From: an uncultured Ectothiorhodospiraceae bacterium
GTDB taxonomy: Bacteria > Pseudomonadota > Gammaproteobacteria > HK1
Direction: 5' to 3'
Assembly: GCA_964605765.1 (NCBI GenBank)
Contig: CAZSDY010000001.1
Span: 1-62,810, forward strand
Length of the DNA stretch: 62,810 nt
The notes under the pieces are model-generated. The model was not told the DNA's origin and ran no database searches. It saw only the letters and a list, made by a program, of their open reading frames with translations. A program made the translations under genes and the position numbers. Positions 51,844-59,924 of this stretch are shown here, in pieces (positions within the stretch are counted from its first letter, which is position 1; every line of letters starts with the position of its first letter).

Positions 51844-53433
51844 ATGGCGGTCAACGGCGGCATTGCACGACGCGGATTGGAGCGCGTGGAAAAGGCCTTC
51901 GATGCCGCATTCACGCCTGCTTGGAACCCGCTCAGCCAGCTCGGTGCGCTCGGCTGGTTCTTCTATTGGATCGTCGCGGTCAGCGGGATTTACCTCTACG
52001 TCTTTTTCGACACCGGCATTCATGCGGCCTACGACTCCGTCGAACACTTGACGCACGCGCAGTGGTACGCCGGCGGCGTGATGCGCAGCCTCCATCGCTA
52101 CGCCTCCGACGCGATGGTGGTGGTGATGTTGTTGCACCTGACGCGCGAATTCGTCATGGGGCGCCTGCGGGGTCCGCGCTGGTTCACCTGGCTGGTCGGC
52201 ATCCCGGTGTTATGGGCGGTGTTTGCTTCCGGTATCAGTGGTTACTGGCTGGTGTGGGACCGTTTGGCGCAGTATGTCGCGGTGGCAACCACCGAGTGGC
52301 TCGACGCCTTGCCGCTGTTCGGCCAGCCCATCGCGCACAACTTCCTCCACCAGGGGACCCTCAGCGGGCGCTTTTTCACCCTGATGATTTTTATCCACAT
52401 CGGGGTGCCGCTGTTTCTGTTGTTTCTGATGTGGCTGCACATCAGCCGGCTTTCACACGCCAGGGTGAATCCGCCGCCGGGGCTGGCGCTCGGGAGCCTG
52501 CTGATGCTGGTTGTGGTGGCGCTCTGGCGGCCGGCGCTGAGTCAGGGTCCGGCCGACCTGAACAGCCTCCCGGAGGTGCTGCGCATCGACTGGTTCTATC
52601 TGTTCGCGCTGCCTCTTCAGGACGCCTTTTCGGGCGCCTGGGTGTGGATTGCGGTAGTGGCCGGAAGCTTCGCGTTGATGCTGGCGCCGTGGATGGCGCG
52701 CCGCGTACCGGCGTCGGTGGCGATCGTGAACCTGAACAATTGCAATGGTTGCGGGCGTTGCTGCGCGGACTGCCCTTACGCGGCGGTGAGCTTGCAGCCG
52801 CGCACCGATGGTAGCGCGTACAGCCACGAAGCGGTGGTGCGCGCGGACCTGTGCGCCGCTTGTGGCATGTGTACCGGCGCCTGTCCGACGGCCACGCCGT
52901 TTCGCCGCCGCGGCGAAGTGGTGGCTGGAATCGAACTACCCAACCTCCCGGTGCGCGTATTGCGCGAGCGCGTATTGAAGGCGACGCGCGCGCTGCGCGG
53001 TGATACGCGGGTGTTGATTTTCGGCTGCGAGCGTAGTGCGTCGCTCGCCGTCCTGGACGATCCCGGTATCGCGGTCATGGAGTTGCCGTGTATCGGTATG
53101 TTGCCGCCCGCGTTCATCGATTTCTTGCTCACCCGCCGGCATGTAGACGGGATCGTGCTCGGTGGTTGTCGTGAAGGGAGCTGTTTTCATCGTTTGGGAA
53201 TCGACTGGACGCTGCGGCGGATCGCCGGCGAACGGGACCCCTATCTCAGAGCGCGGGTGCCACGGGAGCGGCTCGTCGCTGCGTTCACGGGGCTGGACGG
53301 GGTGCCCGGGGTGCGCGCCGAGCTGCAAGCGTTGCACGCGCGTTTGCGGGTGCTGGGGGAACTCCGCCGGGTGTCCGGGCAGCGCGCGGATGTGCCGGTG
53401 GTGCAGGCTCAGGCGGAGCGTACCCGTGGCTAA
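51844..53433 (+). CDS. fusion protein: di-heme cytochrome b (bc-type N-terminal domain) + 2x[4Fe-4S] ferredoxin + MvhD/FlpD-like domain
   Basis: Two His pairs, each spaced 14 residues apart (SLHRYASDAMVVVMLLHLTR; FIHIGVPLFLLFLMWLHISR). CNGCGRCCADCP and CAACGMCTGACP. C-terminal FGCERSA...LPCIGMLPPAFIDFLL...GGCREGSCFH. Confidence 0.8.
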   Translation: MAVNGGIARRGLERVEKAFDAAFTPAWNPLSQLGALGWFFYWIVAVSGIYLYVFFDTGIHAAYDSVEHLTHAQWYAGGVMRSLHRYASDAMVVVMLLHLTREFVMGRLRGPRWFTWLVGIPVLWAVFASGISGYWLVWDRLAQYVAVATTEWLDALPLFGQPIAHNFLHQGTLSGRFFTLMIFIHIGVPLFLLFLMWLHISRLSHARVNPPPGLALGSLLMLVVVALWRPALSQGPADLNSLPEVLRIDWFYLFALPLQDAFSGAWVWIAVVAGSFALMLAPWMARRVPASVAIVNLNNCNGCGRCCADCPYAAVSLQPRTDGSAYSHEAVVRADLCAACGMCTGACPTATPFRRRGEVVAGIELPNLPVRVLRERVLKATRALRGDTRVLIFGCERSASLAVLDDPGIAVMELPCIGMLPPAFIDFLLTRRHVDGIVLGGCREGSCFHRLGIDWTLRRIAGERDPYLRARVPRERLVAAFTGLDGVPGVRAELQALHARLRVLGELRRVSGQRADVPVVQAQAERTRG

Positions 53434-54130
53434 GCGTGGCGGCGTGTTGCCCGGGGTGGTTCACGAATCGGGTTTGCGTCCCGCCGCGACTCGCGCGGTG
53501 GCGCAACTGCTTTGCTACATTGCCTTAGGGCTATTGCTCGGCTATTGCTCGGCTACGCCGTACCGCTATGTCGCGCCGGGTGCGGCCGTACTCAAGCTGA
53601 GCTTCGATCATGCCGGAGCGCACGTCACGCCCTGCCGGCGCCGCTCGCCCGCGGAACTGGCGGCTCTCGCGCCGAATATGCGCCAGGTGGCGCAGTGCCC
53701 GCGGGCGCGCGTTGCGGTACGGGTGGAACTCGATCTCGACGGGCGATCATTGTATGGCGCCGATTTGCCGCCCGCCGGGCTCGCCAAGGACGGGGAGTCA
53801 AGCGTCTACCAGCGCTTTACGCTGCGCGCGGGCAAGCATCGGCTGGCCATGCGCCTGCGCGATTCCCGGCGGCGGACGGGATTCGATTACGCGCGCGAAA
53901 TCGCGGTCGAGCTGGCGCCCGGTGGAGTTTTCGTGATCGACTTCAATGCCAAGGCCGGCGGTTTCCAGTTCCCGATCGCCGCACCCTTGCGTAGCGCGCC
54001 GGCGGCAGAGGCCAACCCGGCCGGGGGCATCGACCGGCGAGCGGCCGCACCGCGGCAGGCCGCAATCGACACCCCGGACGCCATGCGCATTGCATTGGCG
54101 CGTGGTCATCGGTCCGACCTTTCGAGATAA
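53426..54130 (+). CDS. hypothetical single-TM protein
   Basis: In the operon, with GTG at 53426 overlapping the preceding stop (other in-frame starts are possible up to about 53444). TM helix AVAQLLCYIALGLLLGYCS, then a beta-rich domain with two Cys and a low-complexity tail. Confidence 0.45.
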   Translation: MAKRGGVLPGVVHESGLRPAATRAVAQLLCYIALGLLLGYCSATPYRYVAPGAAVLKLSFDHAGAHVTPCRRRSPAELAALAPNMRQVAQCPRARVAVRVELDLDGRSLYGADLPPAGLAKDGESSVYQRFTLRAGKHRLAMRLRDSRRRTGFDYAREIAVELAPGGVFVIDFNAKAGGFQFPIAAPLRSAPAAEANPAGGIDRRAAAPRQAAIDTPDAMRIALARGHRSDLSR

Positions 54131-54137
54131 TCCGGAC

Positions 54138-54533
54138 ATGGCTTTGATCGAATGGAAGGATGCATACGCTCTGGGTGTCCCGAGCGTCGACCTGGAACAC
54201 CGTCAACTCATCGACCTGATTAACGAGTTGCACGAGAGCCTGTGCGGTGATCGCGATGAATCGGCGACGATCGTCGAATTTCTCGGTGAGTTGTGTGCTT
54301 GCATCGGCGCGCACTTCGCCCTCGAGGAACGGATGATGCGCACCAGCGGTTACCCGGATTTTTCCGCGCACAAGGCCGATCACGAGCGGTTGCTCGATGA
54401 GCTTCGTGATTTGATGGATGCCTACGAGGATGGATTGTGCTGCGCTCCGGCACCAGTCTCAGCCAGTCTGGATGTCTGGTTCACGGAGCACTTCGGGAGC
54501 CACGACGCCAAACTCCATGGCAAAGTGGGATAA
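54138..54533 (+). CDS. bacteriohemerythrin (hemerythrin-like metal-binding protein)
   Basis: MALIEWKDAYALGVPSVDLEHRQLIDLIN ... HFALEERMM ... HKADHERLL ... WFTEHFGSHD: the full His/Glu/Asp di-iron ligand pattern. Confidence 0.88.
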   Translation: MALIEWKDAYALGVPSVDLEHRQLIDLINELHESLCGDRDESATIVEFLGELCACIGAHFALEERMMRTSGYPDFSAHKADHERLLDELRDLMDAYEDGLCCAPAPVSASLDVWFTEHFGSHDAKLHGKVG

Positions 54534-54756
54534 TCCCAGGGACTCGGATGCAGGGGCTCCGGGAGCCCCGGGTTGGAAGGCATGATATGGTTGCACGGAC
54601 GACGCTTACGGCCACGGGGTTGGACACCCAGCCCGGGCACGGTGTGCCGGATATGAGCGGTCGTGCTCATCACACTGTTGCTGGGAGCCTGCCACTTCTT
54701 GCGCCGGAAGAGCGGCCCCTAGAAGCCTTTCCGCACAAGTTCTGACTGGCCAGGGG

Positions 54757-56307
54757 CTAATGGCTGGTGCCGCGCGAACGCGTGATCTTGTTCCAGACAT
54801 TGTACTTGCCGGATGGTTTGACCATCGGGATGCGTTTGACCTCGGTGAGGGTCTGTGCATCGTAGACGACGATGGCGCCGCGCATGTCCCATACGCTGAG
54901 CAGAGCGTAGCGTCCGTCGCGGGTGAACTCGACGTGCGCGGCGGTCTTGCCGGGCGCGGGGCGCAGGGTCTTGACGATCTCGAGGGTTCTCTTGTCGATG
55001 ATCTGTTCGGCATCGCGCTCGGGACCGAAAAACACGTCCACCCACGCGTAGGGCGTGTGTTCATGACTGCGCAAGAAAAACCCCGGCCCCAGCGTTTTGA
55101 TGCGCCGGATGGTCTTCCAGGTGCGCATGTCGATCACGCTCACCACCCCCTCTCTCAGGTTGGGCGTCGCGAGCACCGGGCGGCCTTGATAGTCCCAGGT
55201 GATCCCCGAGCCGAGATGCGGCATCCCCGGCAGGTCGACTTCCGCGATCTTGCGCCCGACCAGCAGGCTCACTACCTGACCGTTGCGGGTATTGCGCGCG
55301 GTGCCGATGAGCGTGTCGTAGCTTTGGTCGAAAAAGAAATCGTCGAGATAGTCGTCGAGCCGGATGCGGCGCACCGGGAAGCGTTCGCTGACCTCGGGTG
55401 CTCCTTCGATGCGGTAGTCGTGGACCGGGCCGTAGTAGACCGGGTCATCGCCGTACTGGATCTCCCAGACCTCCGTCAGGTCCTTCAGCGCGGCGATGAA
55501 ACTCTTGCGTGGCGGAGCATCGTAAACGGCGCTGACACGCGACTCGCGTCCCGCCTCGTCTCGCACCGGGACGACCTCGATCAACGAAAGATCGGTGGCG
55601 TCCAGTATCACCAGGGTGTGCGGCAGGTAGTTGCCGACCATCACGTAGCGCCCATCGCTCGAAACCGCGAGATTGCGGGTGTTGACCCCGGCGCGCACCT
55701 CTGCGACGCGCTCCAATCCCCACAGATCGTATTGTGAGATCCAGCCGTCGCGCGACGCGAAGTACACGAAACGCCCTCGCGGCGAGAATTTCGCGCCGCC
55801 GTGCAGTGCGTAGTGGGATTTGAAGCGCGCCAGCCGCTCGAAACGATCACCGTCCACAATGCTGACGTGATGATCGCCGGATTCCACGACCACGAACAGG
55901 TTAAGCGGATCGGCCGCGTACACGGGATGACGGGGAAGCTCGGCGAGCGGGTGGTAAACGGTGTGGCTCGCGCGGATTTCAGCGTTGCCCCAGGGCGGTA
56001 CCCGAGGTAGCGGGGTGTAGATGAAATCGACCAGCGCGTCGATGGCCGAGGCTGCCAGCTCGGTGCTGAATCCGGGCATCTGGGTTGCCGCAAGGCCGTC
56101 GCGAATCGCCGTGCGGGCAGCCGCGCGTTGGAGCCGTTTGAGATTTTGCGGCAACAACGCCGGGCCGATTCCACCGAGGCGATCGGCCCCGTGACAGCGC
56201 GCGCAATGCCGGGCATAGAGAGCCGGCGTATCGGGCGTTGCCGACACCGCGCCGATGCACAAGGCGGCCTGGAAAAAGAGCAGCGCGGTGGCAGGCAGGC
56301 GCGCCAC
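54757..56307 (-). CDS. nirN: NirN (cytochrome c + d1-type beta-propeller; dihydro-heme d1 dehydrogenase)
   Basis: Signal peptide, CARCHG heme-c motif, then a cd1-like propeller. Last gene after nirJ. GTG start. Confidence 0.82.
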   Translation of the reverse strand: MARLPATALLFFQAALCIGAVSATPDTPALYARHCARCHGADRLGGIGPALLPQNLKRLQRAAARTAIRDGLAATQMPGFSTELAASAIDALVDFIYTPLPRVPPWGNAEIRASHTVYHPLAELPRHPVYAADPLNLFVVVESGDHHVSIVDGDRFERLARFKSHYALHGGAKFSPRGRFVYFASRDGWISQYDLWGLERVAEVRAGVNTRNLAVSSDGRYVMVGNYLPHTLVILDATDLSLIEVVPVRDEAGRESRVSAVYDAPPRKSFIAALKDLTEVWEIQYGDDPVYYGPVHDYRIEGAPEVSERFPVRRIRLDDYLDDFFFDQSYDTLIGTARNTRNGQVVSLLVGRKIAEVDLPGMPHLGSGITWDYQGRPVLATPNLREGVVSVIDMRTWKTIRRIKTLGPGFFLRSHEHTPYAWVDVFFGPERDAEQIIDKRTLEIVKTLRPAPGKTAAHVEFTRDGRYALLSVWDMRGAIVVYDAQTLTEVKRIPMVKPSGKYNVWNKITRSRGTSH

Positions 56308-56308
56308 T

Positions 56309-57493
56309 TCAGGCGCGCGCCGGTTGTGTGATTCCCCGGTTGCCGGTGGACAACCCGACCTCGGTATCGTCGAGGTAGCAGCCCGGATCCTCGGCCCATG
56401 GATCGCCCGTGAGTTGTTGGGCGCGCACCCGGGTGTTACCGCCGCAAATGTCGAGGTGGCGGCACGCGCCGCAACGACCCTTGACCGGTCGCGGCCGGGT
56501 CTTCAGGCCGGCCATCAGCGGGTCCGAGCAGTCCTCCCAGATTGTGGAGAAGGGCGTGTCGCGCACGTTCCCCAGCCGATGGTGCGACCAGAAAGTATCC
56601 GGATGCACGTCGCCCAGGTTGTCGATATTGGAGATGTGCACCCCGGACGCGTTGCCGCCCCAGCGGGCCAGGCTCGCGCGCAGGCGAGCGACCCGATCGG
56701 GCGCGAAGCGGGATCGTGCCCAATGCAGCAGATAGACCCCGTCGGCATCATTGTTGCCGGTGACGAACTCCCGCCGGCGCTCGCTCAGCACGTCGTCGAG
56801 GCAGGTCTCGAAGAGCAGGTCCATCGCCCGCCGGGTCATCGAGTGACGGGCGTCCAGGCGCCGGTTACGATTTCCGCGCCCGGCGTAGTTGAGGTGTGAC
56901 AGATAGAACTTGTCGACGTCCTCGATCTGCATCAAGGTCAGCATTTCGGGGAGTTCCGCGGCGTTGTCGGCGGTCAAAGTGAGGCGCAGCCCGACCTTGA
57001 TGCGCCGTTCGCGGCACAGTCGAACGCCTTGCAGAGCGGCGTCGAAGGCCCCCGTCTTGCGCCTGAACCGATCGTGGGTCGCACGCATTCCATCGAGGCT
57101 GATGCCGACGTAGTCGTAGCCCACCGCGCTGATCCGATTGGCCATCGGCTCGTCGATCAGCGTACCGTTGGTTGACAGCGCGACGAAGAATCCGAGCTTC
57201 TTGGCGCGCTCCGATAGGGCGAAGATGTCGCGGCGCATGAGCGGTTCTCCGCCCGACAAGACCAGCACCCGGACACCGTAGTGGTGCAGGTCATCCATGA
57301 CCGCATGAATCTCCTCGGTGCTGAGTTCCCCCGGAAAATCGCGATCGGCCGAGGTCGAGTAGCAGTGCTTGCAGGTCAAGTTGCAGCGTCGCACCAGATT
57401 CCAGATGACCACCGGGCCGGTCGCGGCCGGCGATCGGCGCGGGGGTGACTGAGCCCCGGCCAGTTCGCGGATGAAGTGCGAAACCCGAAACAT
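56309..57493 (-). CDS. nirJ: radical SAM heme d1 biosynthesis protein NirJ
   Basis: CNLTCKHCY radical-SAM cluster motif and a C-terminal SPASM-like Cys cluster (GRCGACRHLDICGG). Confidence 0.9.
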   Translation of the reverse strand: MFRVSHFIRELAGAQSPPRRSPAATGPVVIWNLVRRCNLTCKHCYSTSADRDFPGELSTEEIHAVMDDLHHYGVRVLVLSGGEPLMRRDIFALSERAKKLGFFVALSTNGTLIDEPMANRISAVGYDYVGISLDGMRATHDRFRRKTGAFDAALQGVRLCRERRIKVGLRLTLTADNAAELPEMLTLMQIEDVDKFYLSHLNYAGRGNRNRRLDARHSMTRRAMDLLFETCLDDVLSERRREFVTGNNDADGVYLLHWARSRFAPDRVARLRASLARWGGNASGVHISNIDNLGDVHPDTFWSHHRLGNVRDTPFSTIWEDCSDPLMAGLKTRPRPVKGRCGACRHLDICGGNTRVRAQQLTGDPWAEDPGCYLDDTEVGLSTGNRGITQPARA

Positions 57494-57504
57494 TTGCGCC
57501 TCCT

Positions 57505-58059
57505 TCAGGCGGTGAGCCGAACGCCGGTCTTTTTCAGGATGCGCGTGCTGAACAGCACCTCGTGGCCACGCTGGCGCCGCCCCAGCACAGCCGCGATTCT
57601 TGCCACCCCGGCTGCCACTTCGGAGCGGCTACGGGCGTGGACCATCGCGTACAGGCTGTAGGGCCACTCGGGCGCGCGGCGCACCCGGTGGTAGCAGTGA
57701 CTGACGAAAGGCAGCGCACCGACTTCGGCACCGGCCTCGGCAACGGCTTCATCTGCGACGTCCCACACCGACATGCCGTTGGCCCGGTACCCGAGCGCAT
57801 AATGATTGGGAACCGCCGCAATGCGCCGCACGACGCCCGTGTCGAGCATCCGCTGGAAGCGTTCCATCACGTCCATTTCGCTCAGCCCGAGCCGTAGCGC
57901 GAGGTCGGCGAACGGCCGCGCAACCAAGGGCAATCCCGCGTGGGTGGCCGCGAGTAGCGCGCGATCGATGCTTCCCAGGTCGGGACGGGGGCGAGCACTG
58001 CCGCGCCCGCCCGATACGCCGGCGAGATCCGTGGGCAGAGTCCGATTACGCGGCTGCAC
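57505..58059 (-). CDS. nirH: siroheme decarboxylase subunit, NirH-like (AsnC/Lrp fold)
   Basis: LPLVARPFADLALRLGLSE ... VSHCYHRVRRAPEWPYSLYAMVHA, characteristic of NirD/L/G/H (AhbA/B). GTG start. Confidence 0.8.
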   Translation of the reverse strand: MQPRNRTLPTDLAGVSGGRGSARPRPDLGSIDRALLAATHAGLPLVARPFADLALRLGLSEMDVMERFQRMLDTGVVRRIAAVPNHYALGYRANGMSVWDVADEAVAEAGAEVGALPFVSHCYHRVRRAPEWPYSLYAMVHARSRSEVAAGVARIAAVLGRRQRGHEVLFSTRILKKTGVRLTA

Positions 58060-58074
58060 CGGGCGCTCAGGGTC

Positions 58075-58377
58075 TCATTTCAGCGAGGCATAATAGGCGG
58101 CGAGATTGGCCAGGTCGGCGTCCGACAGCGAGTCGAGGATCGGCTTCATCATCGGGTTGTTGCGGGCGCCGGACTTCATGTCCTTGAGCTGCTTGAGCAG
58201 GTACGGTTCGTTCTGGCCGGCGAGATTCGGCCATATCGCGTTGGTGGCCTTGCCGGCGGCGCCGTGACATGCGGCGCACATCCCGGACTTGGCCTTGCCC
58301 GCGGCCGCGTCGCCGCTCGCCAGCGCGCTCTGGGCGCCGATCAGCATCAACGCGGAGATGGCAAGCGTGAGTTTCAT
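58075..58377 (-). CDS. monoheme class I c-type cytochrome (c4-half/c5-like)
   Basis: Signal peptide MKLTLAISALMLIGAQSALA, CAACHG heme motif, distal Met region NNPMMKP. 100 aa. Confidence 0.88.
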   Translation of the reverse strand: MKLTLAISALMLIGAQSALASGDAAAGKAKSGMCAACHGAAGKATNAIWPNLAGQNEPYLLKQLKDMKSGARNNPMMKPILDSLSDADLANLAAYYASLK

Positions 58378-58408
58378 GTTTTCTCCTTAGGCTGCCGAGC
58401 CGTGGGCA

Positions 58409-58852
58409 TCAGACGCTCAAGTGCAAACCGACAAAGAACTCCTCGAGCTTCGGCAGACACAATACCCGGCAACCGCTGCCAGCTTCAATACCTTCGACCA
58501 CTTGCGCGATCCGTGCAGGCGTTTCACAGGCGAGCACGAACCACAGATTATAGCGGTGGTCGCGCTCGTAGTTGTGCGCGACTTCCGGGTAAGCGTTCAC
58601 CAGCGCCGCGACCTCGTCCAGGCGCTCCTGCGGCACCGCCATCGCGCACAGGCAGTAGCCGCCGCCGGCTCGTTCGATGTCAATCATGGGTCCGAACCGC
58701 GACAACGTGCCCTCGGCGAGCAGTCGGCGCAAGCGTGCGAGGAGATCGGATTCACTGATCCGAAGCGCCCGTGCCACGGCCAGATACGGTTGCTCGGTGA
58801 TCGGGATCCCGTCCTGGAGCCGGTTCAGGATCGCGCGGTCCAGATCATCCAT
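58409..58852 (-). CDS. nirG: siroheme decarboxylase subunit, NirG-like
   Basis: MDDLDRAILNRLQDGIPITEQPY ... VAHNYERDHRYNLWFVLA. Its ATG at 58852 overlaps the nirDL stop by 8 nt. Confidence 0.82.
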   Translation of the reverse strand: MDDLDRAILNRLQDGIPITEQPYLAVARALRISESDLLARLRRLLAEGTLSRFGPMIDIERAGGGYCLCAMAVPQERLDEVAALVNAYPEVAHNYERDHRYNLWFVLACETPARIAQVVEGIEAGSGCRVLCLPKLEEFFVGLHLSV

Positions 58853-59897
58853 TACCCGAACGCTCCGCGGGGCTCGGCGCGTAGCGTGCTCCACGCTGCC
58901 GGAAGCAGCGGGTGCTGAACAAGACCTCGCGCCGGAAGGCCGCGAGGCCGGCATCGGCGGTGGCGGATTCGAGCACTCGCCACGCTTCCGCGCGGCGGCG
59001 CGCGTGCACCATGCAGTACAGGTTGTAGGGCCACTGGGGCGGGCTGCGGCGGCGTGCATAGCACAGCGTAACCCCCTCACGGGTCGCGAGGCGGCGCCCG
59101 AGCACATGGACCTCGGAGTCCGGCACATCCCACACCGTCATCGCGTTTTCGGTCAGGCCGAGGCTGCGGTGCCGCACCACCGCGCCGATGCGCTTGATGG
59201 CGCCGCCGGCGAGCAGGCCCGCGATGGCGTCGATGACCGACGCCTCGCTAGTGCCCAACGCGTGCGCAAGCACCGCATAGGGGCGCGCCACGAGCGGCAG
59301 TCCGTCCTGAAGCACCGCGAGCAGGCACCGGTCGAAGTCGCTCAGCGCGCCGTTCCAGGGCGCGGGCACGTTCGGCCTGTTGGCCCGGGAATCGGCCGTG
59401 TGGCGGAAGCCGAGATCGATGTGGTAGGCGCGCACCATCGGCAGATCGATGGGTGTGGTGGCAGTGCGCGCCTCGATTCCGGCAAGCACCCCATTGATGG
59501 CTTGACGGTTGCGCGCCGTGAGTACGAACCACAAATTGTAACGATGCTCGCGTGCGTAGTTGTGGTTCACCTCGGGGTAGGAGTTGACGATCGCGGCGGC
59601 TTCCTCGATTCGAGGAGGGGCGATCGTGAGCGCCGCCAGTGTGCTCGCACCGCAGGCGCGTGGTTCGAGCACCGGGCCGACCCGGCTCAGGATCTCACGG
59701 GCGTGAAGGTCGACGAAGGTCTCGATCACCAGGTGCTCGGAGGCACCCAACGCCTCGGCCAGAACCCGGAAAGGTCGCTGTTCGAGTGCCAGATCACGTT
59801 GTGAAGCATCGAGCAGGCGGCGTTCGAAGGGCGTCAACGCGACACCCCGCGGGTGCGAAGCGCCGGCGAACGGCTCGCGGGGAAGTTGTTCAGTCAT
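58845..59897 (-). CDS. nirDL: siroheme decarboxylase NirD-NirL fusion
   Basis: Two tandem AsnC-like modules (VNHNYAREHRYNLWFVL and TLCYARRRSPPQWPYNLYCMVHA). ATG at 59897; an alternative GTG lies at 59921. Confidence 0.85.
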   Translation of the reverse strand: MTEQLPREPFAGASHPRGVALTPFERRLLDASQRDLALEQRPFRVLAEALGASEHLVIETFVDLHAREILSRVGPVLEPRACGASTLAALTIAPPRIEEAAAIVNSYPEVNHNYAREHRYNLWFVLTARNRQAINGVLAGIEARTATTPIDLPMVRAYHIDLGFRHTADSRANRPNVPAPWNGALSDFDRCLLAVLQDGLPLVARPYAVLAHALGTSEASVIDAIAGLLAGGAIKRIGAVVRHRSLGLTENAMTVWDVPDSEVHVLGRRLATREGVTLCYARRRSPPQWPYNLYCMVHARRRAEAWRVLESATADAGLAAFRREVLFSTRCFRQRGARYAPSPAERSGNG

Positions 59898-59924
59898 CGT
59901 CTCCGGCGCCCCCGGCCGCACGGC

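Noticed and set aside
54553-54572. GGGGCT-CCGG-AGCCCC hairpin between the convergent hemerythrin and nirN genes
   Set aside because: The stem is short and there is no flanking T/A run on either strand, so it cannot be supported as an intrinsic terminator from sequence alone.
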